Assembly (NCBI GenBank): GCA_977020255.1
Contig: CDROCS010004352.1
Coordinates: 1-62,604, forward strand
Source: Obrimoposthia wandeli
Lineage: Eukaryota
Length of the DNA: 62,604 nucleotides
Reading direction: 5' to 3'
Below, in pieces: positions 1 to 13,989 of the stretch. Under the pieces are notes generated by a model that saw only the letters and a list, made by a program, of their open reading frames with translations, searched no databases and was not told the DNA's origin. Numbering within the stretch: the first letter of the stretch is position 1; every line of letters starts with the position of its first letter. Position numbers and translations under genes: made by a program.

Positions 1-89
1 ATGACTGTGCTTAAATGTTTTGATGAAAAATATGCATCAGTGAGAGAAGCTGGAACAAATTCCAAGTTCCTTCACAATGCATTAAAATA

Positions 90-1200
90 AGTTCATTTCC
101 GACGAATCTGGACAGTCAAAGCATGCGAGAAGTATTTCATTCCAGTCTAACTGCTCTTGGTACGAGGCAATGGTTCCTTCATTGAAGTTGCACGATTTGA
201 TACAAATGCCACTGGGTCATTTGTGGCCAGCAGATTCAAATCACCAACAAGCTTCACAACGGTTTATAATTAATCGCAACAAATTCATCTTCTAAATCGA
301 TAAAGACTCCAAACTAAATATGAAAATCTTGTACAAAAATGTGACCTTACAACATCTTTTGGCCAATAAAATTGTTTACAGAAGTTTGATTACATTTTCT
401 AAGTTTGCTGCCGTATTTAATGATTTACATGTTCACTGGATACGCAATGCATAAATCTAAATACGCAAATAATGCCCCAACAATTTATCTGTTCATTAAA
501 AACCAATCAGAATAATTATCCAATTTAGTTTTTGTTTAGGGGCATTTTTAGAAGCAAAATTAAATTTCTGCACTGTGTCGCTATTTTGCATTGGTGCAAA
601 TTCAAACCCATTTCCCGGTAATTGCACGGGAAAGTTGACGTGGTCATTATTTATTTGCACATAGAGTCTCGGAAATTGCTTCAGCCCGCTGCCTCATGGA
701 GGATGTCAAAAAGTTCAGTATCTCTCGGTTGGAAAATCGGTCACTTCACCGGGTCGCAGTTGTCTGCACGGTTCTGGAGCACAATATGACCATGAGTCAG
801 ACCCTTGTTAACCAGCCGCCCTTATTGCCATAAATACAAAGAGTTGTGTATGACCACGACTTTCCGTTCGTATTATAATACGACTCATGCGGTGCAGGGC
901 ACATTAGAGGAAGTTTGATGTGACGACATTGATCCCTTGTGTCCCAGGTAGCGGTAGTTGGGGGTGCTGGGTAACCTGACCAACAACTGGCAGCTCCTGC
1001 TTCTGGAAAGAAGGATCTATGGAGACTGGTTGTCTATGAATGCCCAAAATTAAAGGTAACAATGCCAACTGAGCCGGCTGTCATCTCCCTTGTTATGCAA
1101 CAGATAACCTCAACAAATGTTCCCACAATTCCCAAGTAACATTTTATTCTATTTTGCAAGTGTTACAAATAAATATGAATGGTTAACGACAGATCATAAA
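90..1200. repeat. Dispersed block A; inverted, diverged copy of 32600-33695; GC-richer and probably a decayed coding region of unknown identity
   Basis: gttcatttccgac...gcatgcgagaagtatttcattccagtctaactgc at 91-160 is the reverse complement of 33630-33692; similarity continues to cagatcataaatgac (~1200 vs ~32600). Confidence 0.85.
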
Positions 1201-1489
1201 TGACAAGGTGGATTTAGGAGCTGGGTTTGGTAGAGCCAGCGAAGTAGGAGATAATACGGAAGAAATCACTGCATCCTCTATCGATTTTCACTACCCAATT
1301 TTAACTGCACTCGCATACACACATTTTATTTTAAGGCTTCTATCTGTGCAGTGGCAACCAATTTACGTGCAATCTGCAAATTTATATAATGTCACTTGGG
1401 ACAGAAATATTAACATAAAAATGTTTCACATAGAGAGATTTGATAAAATTTCTAAAACTAATTTTTAAAATTACTACAGAAAAGAACGA

Positions 1490-1800
1490 TTGTTGCTGAT
1501 CATATTTATTACTGTTATTGCAGAAAACAGAGAATATTACTGACCATATTTATTATTGTTATTACAGAATACAGGAATTATTGCGGTTATTACAGAAAAC
1601 GATACCGAATTATTGCTGATTATAATTATTACTGTTATAACAGAATTCAGTAATTATTTCTAAACATAATTATTACGGTTATTAAAGAAAATCGAACTTA
1701 TTGCTGACCAATATTTTATTGCATTTACTGATTAAAATAAAATTTTAACCGATCATTATTTTATTGTTATTGCTGAAAATATAATGATCATTATTTCTCA
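1490..1800. repeat. Degenerate ~40-50 bp tandem repeat
   Basis: Recurring ttattactgttattgcagaaaa...gctgatcat-like units. Confidence 0.6.
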
Positions 1801-1815
1801 GCGTTCAGCATTAGT

Positions 1816-2400
1816 GTGAAAAAACTCGTTGAGGTTATGATGAAAAATAATGTTAGCAAAAATGAGCTGACTGACGCTTTCATTAAAGATAGATTAAGAA
1901 GTGAAAAACTAAAGGAGCAGTTTTTATTAAAAACCAAAGATGCCAAAAGAAGAAATAGAAGCGTTAGCAAAGGTGTACAGCGAAATCGAGAAAAATAATA
2001 CCGTGATTGCACAATTTCATAATACGTATGCGAATACAGTAAAAAGAGAATGCAACCGTCATTTTGCAAACAATACGAAGAAACCAGCATCAGTACCAGT
2101 ATCAGTCCATCAGGAATAAAGAAATTATGGTAATGAAGAAAAAATATACATAAATAGAGACGCCCAAAATCAAAATAATAGGACACCAATGTCAAGGTTT
2201 TCTTTAAAACAAATAGCTAAAAGACAATATAACTTAGCTAAGGGACTGCCTGACACGAAAAAGGAATAAATTCAGCCAGGAGCATGTTTTTGTTGTGGTG
2301 AAAAATATCATTTCATAAATCAATGTCCTCTCAATCACCAATGTTTGATTTGCGGAAAAGAAGGTCACAATTTCAACAGCTACTATATTTTAAAGAACCC
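1816..2400 (+). pseudogene. Retroelement gag remnant with two CCHC zinc knuckles (second degenerate)
   Basis: 2278-2385 translates GACFCCGEKYHFINQCPLNHQCLICGKEGHNFNSY; surrounding frames are broken. Confidence 0.7.
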
Positions 2401-2589
2401 GCATCAAACTTCAAGAAAACTTTGTATAACAGAAGAAGTGAAATAATCAAGATTTAGAAGATAGTAATAATGACGACATGATAATACATGATGGTAATCA
2501 GGGAAACGTGATCGATCCCATTGCTCACATTTCGTCGGTGGGATAGAGCATATAGAACCAAAGCAGAATGAAAATATGTATATATATAT

Positions 2590-3830
2590 ATATATATATC
2601 ATGTAGAATACTAATCTATTCTTAATTTCATTTTAACATCTAAGATTTCATAGTTTCTTTAGAAAGCATAGTATGTTGAGATGTGGAGATAAGATGAAGT
2701 GATGTCTACATTTTAAAAAATATCTTGTTATGATGCAGCAAAATCATAAATACTTGTAACCATAAAAAACATATATTTGAATTTGCGGTCATTGAAATTG
2801 ATGCATTAAGGCAAAATTTTGATATAATAAAGTAAAATCACTATTTATGATCATGTAATTAGATAACTGGTAATATACATAAGCTTTATTAAACATATAC
2901 AAACTTACACATACATACATGATTAAATTTTACATACAAACACACATATTATTTCATTTTATATGCAAACACCATTCAGTTGCAACATATGTGCAAGTGA
3001 TGTCATGTGATTTGTTAATCTAGTAATCAAATATGCTCACATACATACAAGATACATAAATTTAATTCTATATTTATTAAATCGAAGTAACTCATGTATA
3101 AATACTTATAGAACTTGATTTATTTTAGTTACTCAAAAAATATAAGTAAACTATTTAAAGTAGTTTTAATTTTAATAAGATATTTCTAAGCGTCAACATC
3201 TGTCTAATAATTTACATGTCTGAGTGAAGTAACCAACTGACAACATCTATATAATTATTTACACACACATGCATGAATGATGTAACCAAGTCGAAAACAT
3301 AGAAATATATCAGATGGAAGTTACATCATCATCTTTGATGCAGTAAAACAAATTTTAATTAACAATGGATAATATAATTTCGAATTTAACACGTGATATA
3401 TAATAACCTAGATATAATTTATATTAAATGAGTTTAAATAATATGAAATTGATGTATTTAAACAAATAAATTTTCAGGAAATAAAGTTTTGAACAAATTT
3501 CAGAGGCAAATAATTTCATGTAAAAAAAGTGTTTTTGGTGATAATGATGTACAAGTGATTTAAAAACGTTTTAATTTTGGCGCAAAAAATTTTGAAAAAA
3601 AATTTTTTTTCAACTTTTTGGTAAAATTAAATTTTTGAAGGTTTTTGACCCCTGAAAGTCCACGCTCGAAGGTATGATCAAAGTCAGATCAAGCCTAATA
3701 TACAAAACTTTGAAAAAAAGAAATATAAATATTTTGAAGGTTTTGAACCTGAAGGTCTGATCAAAGTATTATATATAACTCTGAAAAGTAGAAAAAATAA
3801 AATTTTGAAGGTTTGGACGCTTGAGTTTTT
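2590..3830 (+). repeat. Non-autonomous interspersed repeat family X (older copy) with CATA microsatellites and subterminal tandem units
   Basis: Collinear with 58600-59650 and inverted relative to 44225-44860 (e.g. gaaattgatgcatta, gaaggtttt...gatcaaagtcagatcaa). Confidence 0.8.
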
Positions 3831-4039
3831 ATTTGTTTTTTATTCTACTGCTGTGACAATTTTGAGTAAGTTTTATTTTTATTGATTTAATTTCAATATA
3901 TGTTTAACAGACATGATAGTGGGACAAATATCTATTGATTGTTGTCCTTCTATTGTGTTTTACAAACATTATTTGAGTAAACATCCTATGTATTTTATAC
4001 CTTTTAGCTGGTATGATTGTGTCTTTCAAGACAAAGGCA

Positions 4040-4400
4040 TGAGCTCATAGTCGGCACATGAGCTCATGACCTAGACCATAACCTTGAGCTTATGGTGAGC
4101 ACATGGGCTCAAGGGATGAGTATAATAGAACAAAGGACATGACCTTGAAATATCATGCGTACTCGGGAGAAATTTGACCTACTTATGACGTAATGTGATC
4201 TCGTGAGGTGACATGACCTTGAGCTACATGTGACCTGGAAAAAATAGGTGTACTCGGGAGATATTTGACCTACATCACATGACCTTAACCTCATGTGACC
4301 TCATGAGGCCACGTGATGAGTCATGTGCACTTTAGGAGAACAAAGGAAATGAGTTATAGTCTTTGTTCGATAAGTCATCAATGAGTCACCTGAAAGTTAC
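4040..4400. repeat. Cluster of short catgacct/gagctcat motifs, likely an end of family X
   Basis: Partial inverted match at 43310-43380; tactcgggag occurs twice here and again at 55181. Confidence 0.5.
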
Positions 4401-4469
4401 AACAAAGACAACTTGTCCTCGGGGGGGGGGGTTGGTTCCAGAAGTCATACATCTACCTACTCTCCCATA

Positions 4470-4958
4470 ATAGATTTTCCCAGGCGAAATAGAAAATGTA
4501 TAATTGATACAGACGCAAGCTTTGGTGCGATTCGGGCAGTATTGAGTCAACTGGATGAATTAAGAAACGGAAAAGTGATTGCATACACTTCAAGACATTG
4601 AGGAGTTTATTTATTTTCTAAATTTGATTTACGATATACCAGAATAGTCTATCATAAAATTGAAACTATTGCTGATATAATTTGTCAAAATTCTAAACGA
4701 CAACCAATGCATTTAGAAAACCAAGTTTATGAAATGATTGAAAATTTACTCAGAGTGAACGTAATTAGGCGTTGTGAAAGTCCTTCGATCTCGCCATTGG
4801 TCATTATGAAGAAGCCAGACTATACGATTCGAATATGTGTTGACTACAGACAATTGAATGCTGTAACAAAAAAGTTTACGTTTTCCATACCGGATGCACA
4901 ACTCCTGTTCGATTGTCTGGATGGTGCAAAACGTTTGACGACACTAGATAAACTATAA
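4470..4958 (+). pseudogene. Ty3/Gypsy pol fragments: RNase H piece followed by RT N-terminal piece
   Basis: IIDTDASFGAIRAVLSQ...VIAYTSR (RNase H) then SPSISPLVIMKKPDYTIRICVDYRQLNAVT...LDGAKRLTTLD (RT). Confidence 0.85.
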
Positions 4959-5099
4959 ATATTTTACTAGCCATAATTTGTTTGATAATTTATATTTAAA
5001 CCTGTATAACATAAATTGTGTGGTGAAATCTTACTTAAAATTATGTCTACGTTAGAAAACGTAACTTACACTATACAAACTGGTAAAAATGTCTCTTGT

Positions 5100-5840
5100 T
5101 ATGGGAAAATGATCTGCCACCACAAAAAAAGTTGGAAGCTGGACTGAAGGAGTGAGAAAGATTCTGACAGGAGAAAGACAATGTCACAGATGTCATCCCA
5201 GGACAATGTATCCAACATGCTGATGCCACTCTAGTTCCAAATACAAGCTCTGTCAGACGGTAGAAGAATTAAGAGCTTTCAGCAAAGACTGAGTCTCAGA
5301 ACTGCCAGTTCATGAACAATTATCACGATATGAAGACAATATTTGACACCCTAATAAAAGGTTTGTCGAAAGAACCAAAGAAGAATGCTCAACAACAGTA
5401 TATTGTATGATGTTTCTTTTGTTGAGACTCCCTTCTTGATCCAGGATCTTCCCTGAACTGTAATGAGGGGAAGATTTAGCTAAAAATTCAAATTTTGAAG
5501 TCAATTTAATAAAATTGTCCACTTTGAATTTCATTTTGTTATTTCATTTGATTAATATTTAATATTTTAAAAGTACAATCTTAAACATAGATGAAACACG
5601 TCTTAAATATTTGGCGTGCAATCTGCTCGAGGCCAAGTTCTTCGTTCAATTTTATGTTGCAAACACAGTGAAGACTCACCCCGGTCCGCGATGATCCACA
5701 GCTGGGAGACAAGCAATTCTCAAGGAGCAGTGGGGGGAAATGTCGATTAGTCATGGATAAACAATGAAATAATCATTCAAAATTCATAAGAATAAACTTC
5801 ATTTATCAATACAAGTAAAAGATTGGAGATTATATATTTC
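5100..5840. repeat. Dispersed block B; inverted copy of 30995-31720
   Basis: gaagactcaccccggtccgcgatgatccacagctgggagacaagcaattctc (5671-) is the reverse complement of 31108-31160; the match extends over ~740 bp. Confidence 0.85.
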
Positions 5841-6029
5841 TAAAAATGGACTCTCCCCAGTGATATTCTACTTCTTTTTTTATTGATTTTAATAATGGCT
5901 GAGCCACCCACACATCGAATATTTATTTGTCTATCCCCAGTGATATTCTAATGCACCATGGAGTTTCTTTAATTTCACAAATTTGATTAAATTTTTACAA
6001 TTTTATCCATCTGCTGACAAAAGTATTTG

Positions 6030-6185
6030 ATGAAATTTGATGAAACTGTATCAACAGTAAGTAAATCTTTCATCCATTTATTCAACTCTTCCACATCATA
6101 CATCCACTTAAAGTTGAGTTATAGAGGTTGAGTAAGCGCCCACCCATACAAATTATTAATGTCAATGTACAGAATCTCCGTGGGC
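6030..6185 (-). pseudogene. pPolB: Polinton pPolB fragment (motif A region)
   Basis: TEILYIDINNLYGWALTQPL*LNFKWMYDVEELNKW; homologous to 48520-48650. Confidence 0.85.
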
Positions 6186-6189
6186 TTTC

Positions 6190-7780
6190 TTTTTGAATTT
6201 TCCTCTATCTTTGCGACAAGCTTCTTAATTTAAATAAATTCCATTTTTTTAAATAATGAAATGACAAAAAAAGGAACATATTTATATAAATTTGAAATAA
6301 TTTTAATCCAATTATAATCTTTATAGGAATTAATTTTTAAAAGTAATATTAAAGTAATTAACTTCAGCTAAATATATGTAGATAAAATTAGTAATGTTTT
6401 AATTTAAAATAAATTTTAAAAATCACAAATGAAAAAAATACTAAATGTTACTTCTTAAAAATTATATTTTGATGAAAGCATTTGATAAAGTCATAATCAG
6501 AATCAATCTCATCGATATCTCTCTGACTTAGAGGACGTCTTCCACCTGACCGGCATCCAAAATGAATAATTAATTTTATTTTTCTAAATAATTTACCCGA
6601 ATATTATCAGTGGATGCCAGATATCGGAGTTGAATCCTTGGAAACGTCTGGCTGTATTGACTTGCTTTGATATCCAGTTCTAGCAGTCTCACCACTGAAG
6701 TCAGTGACGGTTCCATATCAAGTTGAAGTTTCTGTAAAAAAATTAAATTTAATAAAATAAATAATCCAACCTTAGCCGTTGCTTTTATTCGCCTGAATCG
6801 TCTCACGGGAGTCTGGTCTTCGGAATACTTCAGGCATTGTATCGACTACAGTTGGAGCCGGAGTAGAAGAAGGGTGAGACTGTCTCATTCGTTTGTGAAG
6901 AGATGTCATTCATATTCGTCCAATTCAGCGATGCTTGATTCGTTTGGGGCTGGAGCGCTGCTGCTTATAGGGAGACTTGGGATGTCTCACTCGTCGATGA
7001 AAGAAGTGAGATCTTTGTCCTCATTAAACTCGACCATAATACTGTCGCTGATTTGTCGGGCTACAGTATTGCATGGAGACATGAGTAATTCCATGAGTAA
7101 TGAAAGGAGTCATATCCTAGTTCTGTGTCGGTGATATCAAGCTCGTATCATTCTCCGTTGGTTCATCGAATAAGTTCTAATCAGAGTCTGAGCGACGATT
7201 GTCTCCGGCTAAGACAACGGGATCAAATTCCATGGGCGTTTGATGCTTGCCTCGATATTGTCCAATATATTGCTCAGTCTCATTGCTGCTTCCGCCAAAG
7301 TTGATGGACGAGCTACTTCATTCTGTCGCAGAGTGCAGTCTTCAATCGACTTCTAACTAATCAGATCGATATATTGGGATATCCGTATTGTTATTTGGTT
7401 CTCTCAGAGTTGAAGTGACAAGATGATCGTTTATAAGCTCACCTTGGTTCACTATCGCTGAGTCTTGACTAAGTAAGTCAATGTACTGCGACGGTGGTGG
7501 CGTTCGCTGCTGTACTGTAGAGAGATATACATACAGTTGGACCTCAATCTCTTCGTTCAGAACAATGAAATTTCATTTATGAAATTTATGAAAAATAATG
7601 AAAAGAGGTCTCCTGTTATACAAACTAACCTTCTTTCATCGTCCAATGAGAGCGTGTTTTTCAAATAATTTATTTTAAAAATCCATACTTTTTGACTATG
7701 TCTATGTTCAATTAATTTATTCAAAAAATCGAGTGTGTGTTGAGTTAAAATAACACTTATACAATTCTTAAAGTCATATA
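6190..7780 (-). pseudogene. Spliced accessory gene Y, copy 1 (unknown function), between a TIR and a pPolB fragment
   Basis: Direct diverged homolog of 28680-30970; 39-nt GT-AG intron at 6732-6770 matches 29976-30014. Confidence 0.6.
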
Positions 7781-8199
7781 TAGGTATTACGTGGCAGTGG
7801 AATGGTACTGTCGGCACACGTGCGGGGAACCAGGGAATTTCAGAAACTAAATGGTAAACCAAGAATCGTAGAAATCGCTGTTCATGGAATTCAAGTATTC
7901 TATGCGCCTAGTCTTAGAATTTCATTTCCTCACCTTGACCACCGTACCATCCACTACCAGTAAACTGCTCTTTTGCAGTTGAAAAGTGTATGTATATCTC
8001 AGGACATGTATAGATTTTAATATACATGTGAAGTTTGAGTAGTACAGGGAGGTGTATGTGAGTGTAGACGGATATAGTTAAAGAAAATACTGTCGTGATT
8101 TAGAGTAGTGCAATGAGTATGGGTAGACAGATATAGTTAATGAAAATATTTTTGCGCCCGAAGGGTGTTTTGTTGTTGTTGTAGTAACCTTTTTTGTAC

Positions 8200-8387
8200 T
8201 TTTGTTCACCCAGAGGAGTGCGTTAGGTGGGCCGGGTCGTCCTTTAATGGTGATTGTTGGGGGCGGCGTATTTAGACAGGACACACATGCGCAACATTTT
8301 TCACCACACAGAAATGGACGGCTTTAAAGGACAGTGGTACCTCACGAGATAGAAGGGGATGGATTAGACCGGACATATCCACCTACT
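8200..8387 (-). mobile_element. Polinton terminal inverted repeat end (element lies to the left)
   Basis: Minus strand from 8387 reads AGTAGGTGGATATGTCCGGTCTAATCC, the same terminus as 13559, 38234 and 45503. Confidence 0.8.
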
Positions 8388-8689
8388 TATGTGAAAAAAC
8401 ATTTGATCACATGTTCATATTACAAGAGTTTTGTTTACGTTGAGTTGGAAATAACATATTTCATGGTATAAATAACTGAAATTTATATTTGTCATTGATA
8501 AAATGAATTCCGATGACAAAGTTGAGTATATTGTTGCTGAAATGTTATGGCATACGTATCCTGTCCAAAAACCTTACGACATTGCCTTAATATCAGGCAA
8601 ATTGTTTGTTCTCACACGCATCGAATTCTCAAATATCGTCCACAATTTATAAACTTAGTCAATCTCGAAATGAGTCATTCAATCTCCAT

Positions 8690-9070
8690 CATAGGTTTAA
8701 TCAAGTTATTCAATTATTTTGTGGGATTTCTGCATTTTTAGGTCAACCCTATATTGTACTAAACCATTTAAAGATAATTCAAGTTTTTAATGAGAAATTT
8801 TGCAAAATCTGTTGGCATTTTGGTTGTATTTCTGAATCAAGTTTAACAAAAACTGAACTAGGTAAACTGAAATCGATCACATTTTTTATTTTTATGATGA
8901 ATTATGGTTAGATTGACTGCAATCTAATGATGTTATTGTTATTGACGATTTGTATCAAAATTCTAATAAAGAGTTAGGTTTTAACGACTTGTTTACAAAG
9001 ACTACTAGACATACCAACATTACAGTCACATTTATTGTTCAAAACCTTTTCATAATTCTGGTCAACATCC
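8690..9070 (+). pseudogene. Polinton packaging ATPase remnant
   Basis: ICWHFGCISESSLTKTELGKLKSITF and DELWLD*LQSNDVIVIDDLYQNSNKELGFNDLFTKTTRHTNITVTFIVQNLF; aligns with 34904-35551. Confidence 0.8.
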
Positions 9071-9499
9071 TATTAGACAATATTTAATTGACATCTAAAC
9101 CACATAGTTTCTTTTTTCTAGATTTTTCTCACGATTATCCCAATGAGCCGCGTTAGATAGGTCTATAAATAAAGAAATATGCCACCTATAATAATTCCCA
9201 AATAAAAATATGGTGATTCTAACCGTTATGATGAGAATTGTTTGTTTAGAAGAAATAATAATGTAGTGAGTGTACAGCAGGGGTTTAAGGTTGCAAAGTC
9301 ATTACTGAGGTGAAGAAAAATCAAGTTAACCGGACATGGTTACTTAAACCAGTTGAAGGACAAAAATTGAACAAGAGTCCAGATGCAATTAGTCGCTGGA
9401 CGGTATTCAGAAAATGGCAAACTCTGTTATTCCATACATTAAGACTCTACTGAAAGCTCCTCCGTCATATATATAACAAATTCTGAAATCGTTTCCACC

Positions 9500-9736
9500 T
9501 TTTGTATTTGATAGATTTGGTAAAATTATTTAAATATTGTCAAATGAAACGTAATTTCGGCAAACACAAGTCGAATCTTGGGAAACATCGTACGGCTCAC
9601 TTGATATTGTCAATGTAAAATATGCTACTAATAAGCGTACGATTTTTCTAAGCAGAAGGAAAGTTTCATTGGTGCACTCATTCTGTTTGTTATGACATTG
9701 CTGGGTCCCGTACTCGCAACAGCAGCAACTGGTTAA
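9500..9736 (+). pseudogene. Polinton small basic/hydrophobic protein with GGF-type motif, degenerate copy
   Basis: NIVK*NV...KRTIFLS/KQKESFIGALILFVMTLLGPVLATAATG*; homologous to 27370-27580. Confidence 0.65.
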
Positions 9737-9769
9737 TAAACCGTCCGTCCATTTAGTAATACAATAATG

Positions 9770-10150
9770 GATACCAACTTATAGAGCATATATTTTAAAA
9801 TAACATGTTGTAAAGGAAACAAAGCGGAATTTATCCAAAAGACGAAGCTGGATACACTTATAATTGATTCGTGCTATATGTTTGAATGGGTGTAACAACT
9901 AACGATATAATGGATATGTGGCAAACACGCAATCAAAGATTTAGTTGTTAAATCAAAATTAAACATCCGTGGCCAAGTCCATATTTGTAATTTACAGGAT
10001 GTCCTTTTATACAAGTTCCTAATCAAAATTGGAGCGATGAAGTATTTCAAATACAAAAAGTGCTGATCTTGTAATATATTTCATTACTGATATTGATGAT
10101 AAATTGCACGGTGTACAATTACGGCTTATTCATGTACCTGATATATTTTT
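9770..10150 (+). pseudogene. Heavily deleted Polinton integrase remnant
   Basis: MDMWQT and PFIQVPNQNWSDEVFQIQKVL match the WQxD and NWSxEVF segments of the 26400-27319 integrase; same order after the GGF protein. Confidence 0.6.
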
Positions 10151-12464
10151 AAACGAAAATATCATTAAATCTGAAGGATGTGGCAAATATGAACAGTATC
10201 TAGTAGAGGAGTATGATTATTCTATGCCATCATGGATCATTGAGACCTTTACGTGTGTTTACCATCAAATAGTTGTGAGGAAGCCAAACCTAATAATAAT
10301 ACTACAGATTGTGCTATTGATTAGGATAATGCTGTATAACGTCATGATAATTGAACTGTTACAATAACTGAATTCACATCAATTACAGATGTTACTGAAT
10401 CGTACCGTAATGCACTTGTTGACGTTAACTGTGTAGAGCTGAATCGCAAGTATAAATTTGTATATAAACTTTCAGATAATGTTAATTTCAAATATACATG
10501 TTTTTTAGAAAAAGTAAAATGAAAATTAAAGATTAATGTTACATTATTTTTAATCTTACGATAAATAAACTAAATTAAAAAACTTGCTCAAAAGAAATGA
10601 AGAAATTACATTTATAAAAGAAACTTTTGAGAAAAAAAATTGTTGAGAATAAAAATTTTAAATAAAATAAGCTTGAGATTTGATTTCTCCCGATTATGAT
10701 TTTAGAAATGTAACTGATAGAGCAACAAAAGTAACATGCCAAACTCACATGCAATATCTGAGTGAATTAATCAACACTGCCGGTTCAATGAGACTGTTTT
10801 AACCTTAACTTTGAGTACAAAATACATTTTCAATCACTGATTCAATATATTCCTAAACAGGTGCAATCCAGTGTCAAACAGTGTTTACAAATCCTGATTA
10901 TAATATTATTTATCACACAAAGTTTGGTATTCGTGATCAGATATTAAAGTGATCACGGACGTCATTAAACTGGTATAGTCGATTATTTCTTTTTGTTCTC
11001 GTTTCTTGTTTTCATTATTGAGAAAATACACTCCAATTCTAAGATACATTCTTTGAGTTATTGTGCATATTGTTCTGGTCTATTTTTGTGGTTGCTTAAA
11101 TATTGCGATGCACTACTGCTAAAAATGCACATGTAAATCAATTCTCATTCTATTTCTAACATTTACTATTGCCCGTGATTCCACCAGTGATTTGGATATT
11201 GTCTTGTACGAAGCACCGGCCATATTGGATAGTTTATAAGTATAAAGATTGTTTGTTGTATTTTGGATACAAGGCATCAAGAACTCAATTTGCTATAGAC
11301 TTTCATTTTATTATTGAGTTCACCTGTTCTGGTGGAAGCAAAATTGCATTATATTTTAATTTGATGACAGAGAAATACGGCGATGAAGGGATACAAAAGG
11401 CTGTCTATGACAAATGTTTCATCAACACATAGAAACACGTTGAATTGAATAATTGAGGCTAGATGGAAATTGAATGAGTCTGGTGGGGATTGACAAAGAT
11501 TTACAAAACTGCCCTTTGAGATCCCGATGTCTGATATCGCCACGGTTGGATTCTGGCAATCTCGGTCAATGTTCGAGGAGGAGAAGTCTCCATTCATTAT
11601 TTCCCCGGCAAAATGCTCAACTTCAACATCAAAATCAATTTTTGTGAAATAGGAACTTCAGATATTTATGCCCTTCAATCTGATATGTCCGATCGACGAA
11701 ATGAAATTCTCGCAATATAGACTTGTATTAAGGTGTGATAAACATTTAAGAAAGTTTTTTACTGTCCACGTTGAGAAAATACGAAATAAGAATAAATTTA
11801 CAAAACTGGTCAAATCGTACTTGAAGCGATAACCTTCTGGTTTGCCTTCATTTATACAATTTCCCCTTTATAAATTAACATATTTCTCCTTATTTAGATT
11901 ACTGCCGATGAATGACACTTCCATAAATCCAGCGTTTATAAATCCATACTTTATAACCTTTCCGGAATGAGTTTTCTGCGTCAATTATTTGTTCTCGGAA
12001 AGCATAATTTTATCCCAATATACGGGTCCTTCCACAATGATCTTCCTTGAGAAAAAATCATTGTTAATTTATGAACGTATTTAAAATTTTTAAATCTTCT
12101 AATTTTTTACATTGTTGAAGGAAACAATTTCTTAAATTTCACCTAACAGTATTTTTAACAATTGATTTCTTTGCTTCTTACATTACATCGTGTTTTGTCT
12201 TTTAATCATATTTTCTTAACGTGCATGTTTTTTCAGATCTTATCCTTAATTATTTTGCGCACTAAGATATTTTCTAAACGTTTGGAGTCTTTTACGTTTC
12301 TTTTCAATTACATAATTTACAACATTTCTTCTTGCTTCAAACTTTTATTTTTAAACATTCTTCTTCCAATAATCAATAATTTTACTAGGGTTATAAGTTT
12401 TGGATAATTTTAACTCTCAGATATTGTAATTTCCTGAATGATTGAAAACGGTCCAAACTCTTGG

Positions 12465-13135
12465 AGATGCGGATATGTCACGAGATGATGTGTGGATTGT
12501 GTTGTCTGTAATAACAGTTTGGCTGTGTCTTTAAGTTCACTGATGCTCAAATTGGGGATCCTTCCCGATTCCAATGTTATTTTCTCGTTAATAGTTCATT
12601 TTAATAAAAGTTGGTCGATATCGGCAAAACAAAGTGTGGGAAGCTGGTCCTAGACATGGGATTATCCCTCTGGGATTTTATATCCCCAAAAGATTCCAAA
12701 TAAACATTTTGTCGACATACACACTGCAAAAATAGTTAATGAAGTAATGTACATAAAATTTAGTTTTGCATATTAATTTGATATTTCCCCAATTATTTTG
12801 CTGAGTCTCTCTACGTTAAGAAGCATTTTATTAAGATTAAAAGTAGTCGGTACCTGGAATATCCCGAGAAGAAGAAGCATCGATTTAGACATTCTGAAAC
12901 TCCTTGTAGATTCCATTGAAAAGAAATTTGCAGTCAAATAATTGTCTAGGTCACTGAATATTGAACCGTGATTAATTTACACAAGACACAGCTTCTTCAT
13001 GAATTACTTATGCAGATATCGGATGTGATATTTAACTTAGTTTAGCTCGACAGTTGATGAATCTACAGGAAGTCGCATTCATAAATATGGCGGTGTTGAT
13101 ATTTTCCATTTTGCAGTTAACCTTTCATAATGATG
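12465..13135. repeat. ~660-bp inverted repeat, left arm (right arm 15400-16072)
   Basis: Near-identical reverse-complement match, e.g. gtcggtacctggaatatcccgagaagaagaagcatcgatttagacattctgaaac. Confidence 0.9.
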
Positions 13136-13558
13136 TCCTATATTTGCTTACTTTTTCAGTACGATTATTTTACACTGCATTATATTATACATCATACTTC
13201 GGTGCCAGTTTAAGATTTTACGCATTTTACAATGTTCCAGGATTATTAAGATGTCAATTTGGGAATGATTAGGAAAATTACCATTACCACTGAGTAGAGT
13301 GACAGATTATTAATCTTACTATTTTTGCTTTGTCTCTGAGGTTTAACGGGTTTATTTACATCAATTATAGTTTTTACTTGTTTAACATTATCATTAATTG
13401 CTTGTTTAGGTAATTTCATTAATGGGATGGAGATAAAGTTAATTATTTTTCGGTTCTTGCTTGTGGTTCAGACTTAATTTGTTTGTTATGTTTGCGAGTA
13501 TGATTTATAGGTTGATTTTCTCGAGACCAATGGTGCGTCTTAACAATAAGATATAGTG

Positions 13559-13760
13559 AGTAGGTGGATATGTCCGGTTTAATCCACACCCTCCCCCTCC
13601 CCTGGGGGCTATCACTGTCCATTAAAACCGTGCATGTGTATGGAGTGAAATTTCGTGCATGTGTGTCCACCCCACCCGAAGTAGGGGAGGTCGGTAGCCC
13701 CAAATTTTTAATATATTACTTTTACTATACAGCTAATCTTAAAGGTTATTAGAGAAGACC
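13559..13760 (+). mobile_element. Polinton left TIR end
   Basis: AGTAGGTGGATATGTCCGGTTTAATCCAC...aaaaccgtgcatgtgtatggagtgaaattt; downstream 13880-14040 is homologous to 45955-46110, which follows the 45503 TIR. Confidence 0.85.
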
Positions 13761-13989
13761 ACGGGAATCCATATTGACCCCGGTGGCTTATCACAGACGA
13801 TATTTCAAATAATATGATTATGTGAATATATTATTACTATTTTTTAAGAAAGATTTTAGATCATTAATTTATGAGAGAAAAAAATAGGTCAGATTTATAT
13901 AATTTATAGGAGAAAAACAAAATACGAGTCAAAATAATTTTCAAAACATGTATTAAATCAAACATAAAACACCATATTGGCTTCACTCA

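Noticed and set aside
13030-13075. hAT transposase FSxxVDEST motif in the inverted repeat
   Set aside because: Single short motif, altered in the other arm, with no other hAT features.
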